Below, in pieces: positions 42,290 to 50,690 of a stretch of 50,918 nucleotides of DNA. How positions within the stretch are numbered: the first letter of the stretch is position 1; each line of letters begins with the position of its first letter. Both the position numbers and the translations under genes were made by a program. Location of the stretch: sequence record NC_029020.1. One strand, written 5' to 3'. The notes beneath the pieces were generated by a model. It did not search any database. It was not told the origin of the DNA and saw only the letters and a program-made list of their open reading frames with translations.

Positions 42290-43159
42290 ATGGTAGGGGA
42301 TCATATTATGACACGGACACGTTTCACTGACGAAAGAATGGCCAAAGAATCTCTCCTTAAGAGTAAAATGGCACTTGAAAACGCCTTCAAACGTTATAAA
42401 GATGCCATCATGGTTACCCTGACGGTGTCACATATATTCCCACTAGTAATTCCTTTAGAAGTTAATGGCCAGAGTATTAGCTATATTCCCCTTCAGGACT
42501 CAATAGTTTCAAATCTGAAGAATTACCTATTGGNCTGGNNNAGNNAAATGTGGAAAGACCGCAAAATTGAGACATTCACAGCTTACGAATATCACGAGGA
42601 TTACAATTTATACCTTCACACCATAATTTTTGGTATTCCTTGTCTCATCGATTGGTCTAAAAAATTCGGTAAGAAAAAGGAAGACGCATTAACCTATTAC
42701 GCCCGGAAGTACAATATCCCCTTACCTCCTGACGCCGAAAAGACCCTAATTTCCAAATCCGTTCTCACCGTGTTATCAGACAAATGGCTCATGAAAATTT
42801 TGGCAAAATTTGACTCAGTACTCAACACTAATCTATTAATGGGTTACATAAACTACAAGATGAAATATAATTTACAAGGGCCAACGATTGAGATATATAA
42901 GATTAAGGACGGTCAGTGGGATGGCACGCCTCCTAGCGACGCCGTTATTCAATATTCAGGTGATGTTAAATATAAAAAAGTTTTATCGCCAGAAGAATAT
43001 GTTACCAAAAATATACTCAGAATCTATAGCATGTTAAGAGGAGGAGGTGGAAGAATAGACGAAGAAGACCAAGCAAAAACCATTGGCTATTGGTTATTCG
43101 GAAAACGATTTAATTCCTATTCCCTCTCTTTGTTGTCACAGGAAAAAGGCACCACTTAA
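42290..43159 (+). CDS. HUH-superfamily rolling-circle replication initiator (Rep), possibly degenerate
   Basis: Motif 1 MVTLTV, motif 2 YEYHEDYNLYLHTIIFG (first His appears as Tyr), motif 3 EEYVTK, C-terminal YWLFGKRFNSYS. Confidence 0.7.
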   Translation: MVGDHIMTRTRFTDERMAKESLLKSKMALENAFKRYKDAIMVTLTVSHIFPLVIPLEVNGQSISYIPLQDSIVSNLKNYLLXWXXXMWKDRKIETFTAYEYHEDYNLYLHTIIFGIPCLIDWSKKFGKKKEDALTYYARKYNIPLPPDAEKTLISKSVLTVLSDKWLMKILAKFDSVLNTNLLMGYINYKMKYNLQGPTIEIYKIKDGQWDGTPPSDAVIQYSGDVKYKKVLSPEEYVTKNILRIYSMLRGGGGRIDEEDQAKTIGYWLFGKRFNSYSLSLLSQEKGTT

Positions 43160-43377
43160 ACTTTCGTAATATTTTTGAACTAACATTTGACTAATTAAAT
43201 TCAGGAAACTTATAAATTTTCCACGATATATTTATGGAAGAACAACATTTGTCATTCGGTGTTTACTTTTACTTGTAGGGAAATTTTTGCGGAAGGATAT
43301 GCGGAGGGGAAACAAAAGGGGATAAGGCTTTGCTATTTGTTTGTATACCTGTTACCTATAGCACGATATTCTCCACT

Positions 43378-43457
43378 CTCTCCAGTAGTAGTTATTGCGG
43401 GTAGTTGGTCGGCCTGACAGGGGATTGGGTTAACCACACGTCAAACAGCCGTATAAC
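43378..43457 (+). repeat. ori-like element 2 downstream of Rep, same orientation as element 1
   Basis: Identical 21-bp CTCTCCAGTAGTAGTTATTGC, similar core (CGG..TGAC.GG.GAT), then TCAAACAGCCGT. Confidence 0.85.
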
Positions 43458-43613
43458 GGTTGGATATTGACTTCCTTCCAGCTCTGAAGGGCGGTGTAGT
43501 TAACTCGAGCTGAACCGCGTTATTGTGTTGGACGCATGCTCCCTCAAACAGCCGTTTGAGGACAGCACAATGGTTGGCGGACAGTCCCAACCTCAAAAAA
43601 CGAAATCCTCTTT

Positions 43614-44165
43614 TCACATTTCAGACCACATCCCAGTCGCCATTAGAATGTAGATTACGCTCATTGCCTCCCCGAACGACGCCAAGACGCCGACAATTAA
43701 TGCCAAGTCATTCGCGAACAGTTGTAGCGGAGGAGCGAGGAACGGTAATGATACTCTCTGCGTCATAGGCAATAGGATCACGTAGACATACAGTGCAATG
43801 CTTTCAAAGCTGTTGAAAATGAACTGAAGCACTAAGTAAATGAAGATTATCTGGAGTGTGCCCATTGTCTGCTGTGACAGGTTCAGGACATAATTCCTTA
43901 CAAACAACGCACCGATGGTAGTGATCCCTCCTAACATTGCTCCAGCTATTACGCCGTTACTACCGAACAGCTTTCCTAAAAGAGACTCCAAATATAACGG
44001 TAGGTTTAACGACATCAAATACGATATATAATGTGCAACTTGGGTATCCGTCGAATACGCATTTAAGTTAACGATGGTTCCCAGTATATAGACGAAAATA
44101 GACGAATACATTATACCCTCATTAATCCTGTAAAAGACAGTGGCGAGCGACCCAATGAGACCCAT
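43614..44165 (-). CDS. Polytopic membrane protein, 183 aa
   Basis: Four to five hydrophobic helices. Confidence 0.7.
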   Translation of the reverse strand: MGLIGSLATVFYRINEGIMYSSIFVYILGTIVNLNAYSTDTQVAHYISYLMSLNLPLYLESLLGKLFGSNGVIAGAMLGGITTIGALFVRNYVLNLSQQTMGTLQIIFIYLVLQFIFNSFESIALYVYVILLPMTQRVSLPFLAPPLQLFANDLALIVGVLASFGEAMSVIYILMATGMWSEM

Positions 44166-44187
44166 AAAAAAGACTTTGAACCTTGGA

Positions 44188-44382
44188 TTAAAAAACCTGG
44201 CTTTCGGACGACTTGAGACGGAGTGGGTTCCCAGGGGTTTTTGTCAGACAGTTTCCATTAAGATAAGACTCGATGGCTTCCCTGACTACATCGCTCCTCG
44301 ACATCCAATTGTTCATGGCGAACAGATCGAGTTCTTTCAATAAATGTTCGGGGAGCTTGACCGTTACGACCTTCATTTTCAT
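44188..44382 (-). CDS. CopG-like ribbon-helix-helix regulator
   Basis: KVVTVKLPEHLLKELD...SRSDVVREAIESYL. Confidence 0.88.
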   Translation of the reverse strand: MKMKVVTVKLPEHLLKELDLFAMNNWMSRSDVVREAIESYLNGNCLTKTPGNPLRLKSSESQVF

Positions 44383-44696
44383 TTGTGATCACCTGTTGGC
44401 TCTTTTTCGACTACCGAATAGATGCGGAATAAATTGGCTCCAATTTTTTGATTTAAAAACGATAGCGTCTCCAAGACCTTTTTTGCTTGCCAATTGTTTT
44501 TCAGAGCTATATCTGATCTAAGAGATCGCACCATGGATGACAATCTGCTGACGTCCTCCTCCAGCTCCCTGAAGATCTCCTGGATCTCCAACTCATTCAT
44601 TCCTCCTCGCCCCTCCCCTCCGATCGTTTCAGAAAAAAGGGCGGTGACTTTTTCATTTCCCTTGGGGAAGTTACCCACAGTAACCATTTTCCTCAA
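44379..44696 (-). CDS. SSV1 D63-like helical-hairpin protein (core probably starts at ATG 44600)
   Basis: EIFRELEEDVSRLSSMVRSLRSD...QKIGANLFRI versus remembered D63 [23 protein letters not shown]...QKIEAELYQL. Confidence 0.65.
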   Translation of the reverse strand: MRKMVTVGNFPKGNEKVTALFSETIGGEGRGGMNELEIQEIFRELEEDVSRLSSMVRSLRSDIALKNNWQAKKVLETLSFLNQKIGANLFRIYSVVEKEPTGDHK

Positions 44697-44714
44697 TGAA
44701 TTTTACGGTCGGTA

Positions 44715-44762
44715 TAGATATTTAAAGCTTCTGCCTGCCTAGTAAGGCAGAAAACTTAAATA
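44715..44762. promoter_or_regulatory. Symmetric divergent promoter cassette D
   Basis: TATTTAA-AGC-TTCTGCCT-GCCTAGTA-AGGCAGAA-AAC-TTAAATA, a two-fold symmetric operator with a TATA box on each side. Confidence 0.85.
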
Positions 44763-44775
44763 CCAGCTTGCTCAA

Positions 44776-45360
44776 ATGATTACTTGGTCAAAAATGTCCC
44801 AGGCCCAACACCCCAAAGACGAGGAGATTTATGAAGTGCTGAAGAAAGAAGGGTTGGAGGATCTTTACGATCTCATAATGAAATACAAAGATGTGGCGGA
44901 ACCACTTTTGAAGGAAATATTATCAAACAAGGACGAAGTAAAGAACATGATCGATACTTTGAAGAAAGAAGGGTTGGAAGATTTTTTAAAGGATGTAATC
45001 ATGGCTTATAACCCCAGAGCCATATTCGAACGGATTATTAAAACAAAACACGCATTAAAGAGGATTATAGACAAGTATGAGCAGGGCAACAATAAGGTAG
45101 CTTTTGATAAAGCCAATAATAAGAATACGATCGTCGCTATCAAATTCAGAACTCCAGAAGAAATGGAGGAATTCAATCGATTAGCCATTGAAATGGATGA
45201 CCTTAGAAATGGAAAAGAGCCCGAAGCCTTGGAAATGACATACGAAGAATTCGCTCAAAGGTTCAAACCGAGAATGATATGGTATAAAAGAATAGGGAGC
45301 GAGAAAGAGGGTACTTATTCTNCTTTGATGGGAGGTTACAGATTTGACGAAGAATTATAA
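44776..45360 (+). CDS. Hypothetical acidic helical protein with an internal 40-aa-spaced repeat
   Basis: LKKEGLED occurs twice; identical 19-bp DNA at 44840 and 44960. Confidence 0.7.
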   Translation: MITWSKMSQAQHPKDEEIYEVLKKEGLEDLYDLIMKYKDVAEPLLKEILSNKDEVKNMIDTLKKEGLEDFLKDVIMAYNPRAIFERIIKTKHALKRIIDKYEQGNNKVAFDKANNKNTIVAIKFRTPEEMEEFNRLAIEMDDLRNGKEPEALEMTYEEFAQRFKPRMIWYKRIGSEKEGTYSXLMGGYRFDEEL

Positions 45361-45758
45361 GGTCGTAATTTTACNTATACCATTTATTNATGACNNGGAT
45401 GTATTAATCGCTTCAAAGCTGTACGAAAAACGTCTACTCCCCTTTCGTTCAGTGATNATGAAGATCTCCTGCCAAGAGGATTGATCATATTCATTCCCAG
45501 NTAGAAAAACTATTTTTCTTTATCTTAGTCCATTTCGCCCNGAGACGNGCNCTTACTTCTTCTGCTGAGACTGCGTGGGCNTGCGTGGGACTCCCTGCTT
45601 CTGCCTCCTTCTTCCGTGGCCTATTTCGTGGACTCCCAAGAATCAGTCTTAACTAAAAGGAAAGGGTAAATTAAAAACGCCTCCGTCCCTTCATTGGTAG
45701 GGGATGAGGTCTACTATTTTTATTGATGTAATTCTAAGTCCAATGTGGGAGATCGTAA

Positions 45759-45899
45759 ATGAGAGACAAGGAGAGGTGGGAGGAAGAAATAAAATACATG
45801 AAAGTACATAAGTACACAATGATAGCCCTTGTAATTCTGCTAGATGCAGTAATAAGAATAAAAACGATTCTTAGAAAAATACTCGTAAAACTAAGCTGA
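45759..45899 (+). CDS. Possible 46-aa small protein with one hydrophobic helix (below the ORF-track cutoff)
   Basis: MRDKERWEEEIKYMKVHKYTMIALVILLDAVIRIKTILRKILVKLS*, read by eye. Confidence 0.35.
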   Translation: MRDKERWEEEIKYMKVHKYTMIALVILLDAVIRIKTILRKILVKLS

Positions 45900-46233
45900 T
45901 TTCCTCCAACGGACGCGGTTTCTAGTGATGAATAATGAAAGTGAATAAACACACAATATCAGCCCTCGAAGTTTTGTTTTCTGTAATAACGGGAATAAAC
46001 TCCAAGCAGATGATAGTAACCGATAACAATCAAGAAAGTAGAGATGGTATGAGCCCCGAGGAAAGGAGTGNNATCATAATAGGGCTTATTATAGCCCTTA
46101 TTGCTTGTGCTATAGTTTGTTACCTNCNTATTACNAANCAAATCGTCTGTGCACCAAACACAATTTGAATCGGTTCTACGCTTAAATGATTTCCGACCGA
46201 AATCTATATTAGTNNNAGTTAGAGGCTAATCTT

Positions 46234-46512
46234 ATGAAAGTAGTGACGAAAAAAGAATCACCAACAAAGTTCCTGTTCAACGCGATGACCAGNGACGAAT
46301 ATGAAAAAGCTAAGAGGTTCCATGAGTTTCTCAAAAACATCTCTAAAGGNNCGCACGGTTACCTAACGATCGAATGGGANGATCTCATNGATATGNCATC
46401 NGGCTTCTTGAAGACCACGCCATATGATGCATATCGGATTCTGATGAAGATGAAGGANTACGGCTGGATCAAGGAAATCGACAGGCATTTTATTATCGTT
46501 AACACCGATTGA
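46234..46512 (+). CDS. Small protein with a wHTH-like C-terminus
   Basis: TPYDAYRILMKMK.YGWIKEI. Confidence 0.55.
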   Translation: MKVVTKKESPTKFLFNAMTXDEYEKAKRFHEFLKNISKXXHGYLTIEWXDLXDMXXGFLKTTPYDAYRILMKMKXYGWIKEIDRHFIIVNTD

Positions 46513-46515
46513 AAC

Positions 46516-46981
46516 TCACTCTTTAAGCCCAGGCAAGATTTTACTTCTAACTATTGAATATCTACCGTATTCCGGGTACTTCTTGTAGACGTAGTTCAGG
46601 ATCTCCGTCCTGCTCTTCCTAACCCATTCTCTGAAGAACGCCTCGATCTCCTTATCCTCTTCACTTGGCGTAAACTCACTCGTTAAGACGTAATGCCACT
46701 TGTACGTCTATTACTTCTCCGCTCAGCGGATCCCTTACTTCCTCCTCTTCCTCGATATCGACCTCTCCTATTTCAATCAGTTTATCGATAAAGTTTTGTA
46801 GTTTTGAGGAGTAAGGGCCGAAGAACCAGGGTTTAAATTCTAGTCCTAAATCAATTCCTTTCTCCTTCTCAAGTAAAAAGAAAATCTTCTGAAGCTTAGT
46901 CGCAGTTACCTCCGTGCTCTCCTCTTTAGCGGTGTAAAGCAATAACTTAATTAAGCGATAAATTCTGTCCTCAATTATCAT
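46516..46981 (-). CDS. Panacea/SocA (DUF4065)-like antitoxin-family protein (~154 aa); one apparent frameshift at ~46712
   Basis: TKLQKIFFLL, FKPWFFGPYS; the shifted frame continues TYKWHYVLT...EILNYVYKKYPEY...KE* to TGA at 46518-46516. Confidence 0.65.
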
Positions 46982-47043
46982 GGCCGATTACCCTTAATTA
47001 ATACTAATGCTGTTAAAATGTGGAGAAAAAAGTATTAACTGAA

Positions 47044-47442
47044 TTAAATTGGAGGTGGGGCTTGCTGGGGAGCCTGGTTGGTAGTTTCTTGGACTTGTAC
47101 TGGCTGGGCCTCCTTCTTGGCTTTCCTTTCCTTCCTCCCGTCTTCGGGAAGGTACTCTCTGATCAGTTTCGCTACATCATCAAGCTCTGACTTCTTCTGC
47201 ATCCAGACCTTGAGGAGTTCTAGCAACTGCTTTCCCTTTTCGGTTATATAGTATAGACCATCCTTGCTCTCTACGAGGCCCAATTTCATGAGTTCTTTGA
47301 GATAGTTGTCCGTTAGATCGTATGAGAGATTGGCCCTGTACATCACCCAGGTCTTCCTTGACCCGTTCTGGCATTGATCCAAAACGTTTTGTATTATTTC
47401 ATACTTGCTTCTTTTTTTCCTTCTGAGTTTAACCTGGCTCAC
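47044..47442 (-). CDS. Archaeal winged-helix transcription factor (HTH_45-like)
   Basis: RSKYEII..VL...KTWVMYRANLSY....YLKELMKLGLV...YYITEKG. Confidence 0.88.
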   Translation of the reverse strand: MSQVKLRRKKRSKYEIIQNVLDQCQNGSRKTWVMYRANLSYDLTDNYLKELMKLGLVESKDGLYYITEKGKQLLELLKVWMQKKSELDDVAKLIREYLPEDGRKERKAKKEAQPVQVQETTNQAPQQAPPPI

Positions 47443-47590
47443 GAATACAGTTGAAATCTATCTGTTATTTAAATTTTAGCTGGCACTGAGGGAGACAAAA
47501 TGCGTTCTTTCAGACGTTTAGTAATTCTCAGATCTCAGGGTTAAAGTTCGAGATTTCGCCTTGGAAGGTTAGGAAGCTTTTAAGCCATAA

Positions 47591-48049
47591 ATGAAAGTTA
47601 TAATCGTGGGTTTACGGATTTTAAAGTTCATGGTAGTGGGAGGCTTGGGGACTTTAGTCAATGAAGGAGTTTTCGTACTTGCAGTACGCGAAATGCCTAT
47701 TTTCTTCTCCTTGGGCCTCGCGATAGAGCTTTCCATATTGTTTAATTTTGTACTGAATGACGTCTGGACTTTTAGGGATAGAAGGGCTGGAAGCTTCGTT
47801 AGACGATTGTTGAAATTCCATTTGTCTTCCTTTAGTGGCGGAGTTGTTCAGTATATTGTGGTTATCGCATTACTAATCATGTTCCTCGGTTTGCCCAGCA
47901 TTTCCGAAATCATTTCCTTAATATTCTTCTCTCACCTCGAGGCCCAATCGATGTTCCTCGCTGTTATCAATTTCATAGGGATCCTTTCGGGCTTCATTAT
48001 AAGGTACTTGACTAGCCTAAGATATGTATGGGTGCTACGTAATGGCTAA
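47591..48049 (+). CDS. gtrA: GtrA-family lipid-linked sugar flippase-like membrane protein
   Basis: LKFMVVGGLGTLVNEG...SILFNFVLNDVWTFRD...KFHLSS. Confidence 0.85.
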   Translation: MKVIIVGLRILKFMVVGGLGTLVNEGVFVLAVREMPIFFSLGLAIELSILFNFVLNDVWTFRDRRAGSFVRRLLKFHLSSFSGGVVQYIVVIALLIMFLGLPSISEIISLIFFSHLEAQSMFLAVINFIGILSGFIIRYLTSLRYVWVLRNG

Positions 48050-48736
48050 GATATCTATCGTAATCCAACCTATAACGAAAGGGACAACGCAGNCCTGCTA
48101 ATTGAGCAGATAGCTAAGTTACTTCCCATGTCTCACATAATTGTAGTAGACGATAATAGTCCAGACGGCACTGCAGAAGCTCTGAGGATCTTGAANATTC
48201 CTAATCTGACCGTTTTCGTAAGGAATGAAAGGGGCTTAGGATCTGCCATAAGATTCGGGATAAAAAAGGCATTAGATGCAGGGAGCGAATTCATCGTAAC
48301 GATGGACGCTGACCTGAGCCACGATCCGGCTTACTTACCTCAGATGACTAAAACAGCTGTTGAAGGCAAATACGATTTAGTCGTGGGCTCGAGGTATATT
48401 AAAGGCGGTGGGATAGAAAACTGGCCGTTAAGCAGGAGAATCATAAGCAGAGGTGCAAATCTCTTATTTAGGTTACTTTCTAATTCCCCTCTGCACGACA
48501 ACACGTCGAACTACAGGGTTTACTCACGCAGGGCAGGAGAGCTGGCGTTAGATTGCGAAACGGCCAACGGCTATGAGTTCCAGATCTGCTCGGTTTTCAA
48601 AATCCTCAAATCCGGCCTAAGAGTGACGGAATACCCTATAATTTTCAAAGACAGAAGGTTCGGAAAAAGCAAGCTCGGAATTTCCGAAATATTGAAATGG
48701 TTCTCCTACGTTGTTAAGCTCTCACTCTCTTCTTAA
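48042..48736 (+). CDS. GT2 polyprenol-phosphate glycosyltransferase (DPM1/GtrB-like); frameshift near the start
   Basis: ISIVI/PTYNERDN, IVVDDNSPDGT, MDADLSHDP, VVGSRY, SNYRVY, EYPIIFKDR..GKSK. Confidence 0.9.
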
Positions 48737-49304
48737 TTTCATGAACTATCCGTCCGTCAATTTAAGGCAAACTGCTAAATTTATACTTGTGCCGAGAGGG
48801 TACAGGAAAAAAATCAGGAGAATCAAAGCACGTTATTATGAAGTGAATATATACTCATTCCCTTGGGACTGCTTCAAGGTCAGGGAGATAGGAGATGACG
48901 TTTACGAATTATATCAGGCGGACTGTAACGACCCGGAAGCCAGAAGGAGATCCAGGACTACGGTGACTATAAACGTGAAAAAGAAGGGGATATACAACGT
49001 TCTACTCTTTCCAGAAAAGATGATCATCAAATTATGGAAAGAATATCACAATTACAACGTGTCTAGGCAGATTTTTCTCCCCAAGAATGTGCAGGACTTA
49101 CAATTTGATGACGACAACCTCATTTTGAAATATATGTACCCTCAGGGGCGGAAAGTGGGTACAGCGAGAATCAAGTTACCTAAGCCGATTTTATATGAGA
49201 GAAGCCGAGTAGACCACTACAGCATAATTAAATTATGGAAGCCCGAAGATTATCAGCTTTTGAAGGAAGAAGTCCTGAAAAAGGTGGAGGTCGATGCGAA
49301 TTAA
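48711..49304 (+). CDS. Hypothetical basic beta-rich protein
   Basis: ORF track; IKLWK occurs twice; start uncertain. Confidence 0.6.
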   Translation: MLSSHSLLNFMNYPSVNLRQTAKFILVPRGYRKKIRRIKARYYEVNIYSFPWDCFKVREIGDDVYELYQADCNDPEARRRSRTTVTINVKKKGIYNVLLFPEKMIIKLWKEYHNYNVSRQIFLPKNVQDLQFDDDNLILKYMYPQGRKVGTARIKLPKPILYERSRVDHYSIIKLWKPEDYQLLKEEVLKKVEVDAN

Positions 49305-50218
49305 TGATTACATAAAGATAAACGTAACGAACCCAGAAGAAGAGCCATTGCTAAAAGTCGATTATAATACATTACTACCGATGTTCGACGAATATTACAC
49401 ACGTGTGTATGAGGGTGATGTACTATTCATCGATTTCCCGTACATGGAGAAGCAGTACATAGAGCTGTCCAGAAAGTATTATATGGAAGGTATTGCGGAT
49501 TTAACGATTCTTACTATGAGCACGATATATCAAATAGCGATAGACAGGAAAGAGCACAAATTCATAAAAATAAGACCAGTCCCTATAGACACCGGGCAGA
49601 CGATAATNGTAAGCGGNGAGGCCAGAGGAGGTAAGTCATCACTGGCCTTATGGCTCGCTTACGCGTTGTACGGCGATTGGGANGTCGCNATTGCNCACAT
49701 CGTTATCGACCCATTACAGCTCGACGACCTANTTGATGCGATGAAAACGTACGGGATANNCAAAATTCCCATGATAATTATCGACGATGCNGGTATAGGC
49801 TTNGGNAAGCAAGGTAGGGAAAATAGACAGNTTAAGGCTTGAGAAAATACACAAATACGCNCAGACGTGGGCGATAAAGTTCAGCAACGTATTGATGACC
49901 ATACCGTCTGAAACNAGNCTATCTGGAGTGCTCANGAAGGCAATGCCGTCGTCGTATGCCATTACAATAAAACCATTAACGATGATGACGTCCGAGGCAC
50001 ACGCGTACAAGAACGTNGTTNACCTTGCAGGGAAATTATTGAAANTAAAGCACCCGCTCAGAGATTACAACAGTGTTAACGTAGGGCTTATGCTAAAAAA
50101 CGAAATGAAAAGGGATTANGCNCACGTAGTTTATACACCGAGGCTTTTACCTGATGAAGCTTACGCGAAATACAAACAACTTAGGGAAGACTATCTATAT
50201 GTCATCGCGAAAATGTGA
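49294..50218 (+). CDS. SSV B251-like P-loop ATPase; frameshift at ~49835
   Basis: Walker A VS.EARGGKS, Walker B IPMIIIDD.GIG; continues into 49892..50218. Confidence 0.65.
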
Positions 50219-50281
50219 AANTTTTAACNTATNANGCNGTTTCTACCATTTTAAAAAGACTTTAGTAAGCAAGAGAATATT

Positions 50282-50614
50282 ATGACAAAAAGNGTCCTTT
50301 CGTTCAGACTGGAAAAGAAAGCAATCGAACTCATTGAGTCTAAAAANANGAATAGGTCTTCGGTGATCAGGGAAGCCATAAACTACGCCGTCAACGGAGG
50401 TATATCGGAAGAAGATATACTGAAAGTAGCCTTCTCCCTTCCGCCGGACGAGAGGAAGACGGTGAGCGTTAAGGTCGACATAGGGACNTTGGTGAAGCTG
50501 AAAAGGATCGCGGAAGAGTACGGCCTGCAGGTGAGCGAACTAGTAAGAATAGCGATATGGAAACTCCTCCTGGAGGAAAGAGCGGTTAGTTCAGGGAAAC
50601 CGCGTAATTTTTAA
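50282..50614 (+). CDS. Tandem ribbon-helix-helix protein
   Basis: VLSFRL...NRSSVIREAI and TVSVKVD...QVSELVRIAI. Confidence 0.85.
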   Translation: MTKXVLSFRLEKKAIELIESKXXNRSSVIREAINYAVNGGISEEDILKVAFSLPPDERKTVSVKVDIGXLVKLKRIAEEYGLQVSELVRIAIWKLLLEERAVSSGKPRNF

Positions 50615-50653
50615 AAAACACAACTGAAACATACGTAAGTGGTACCGTAAACT

Positions 50654-50675
50654 ACNCCGTCCTCACGGACGGGGT
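50654..50675. repeat. GC-rich 9-bp hairpin resembling an IS200/IS605 subterminal palindrome
   Basis: AC(N)CCGTCC-TCAC-GGACGGGGT. Confidence 0.45.
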
Positions 50676-50690
50676 CTCTGGTGAAAAAAG

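Larger units (their letters stand above)
41055..43560. repeat. Pair of 18-bp inverted repeats bracketing the wHTH and Rep genes
   Basis: CTCAAACGGCTGTTTGAG (41055-41072) is the exact reverse complement of CTCAAACAGCCGTTTGAG (43543-43560). Confidence 0.8.

Noticed and set aside
42159-43398. The 21-bp repeat pair as CRISPR repeats
   Set aside because: There are only two copies, 1219 bp apart, with a gene between them, and they do not resemble known repeat families.
45734-45952. 72-aa minus-strand ORF
   Set aside because: A plus-strand 46-aa ORF with a purine-rich leader fits the local gene direction better. Neither is well supported.
533-50218. Programmed frameshifting or pseudogenisation in about ten genes
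   Set aside because: The shifts are single-base, fall at homopolymers or N-rich spots, and hit apparently essential genes (capsid, giant protein). Consensus error is the simpler explanation, and no consistent slippery site plus structure is seen.
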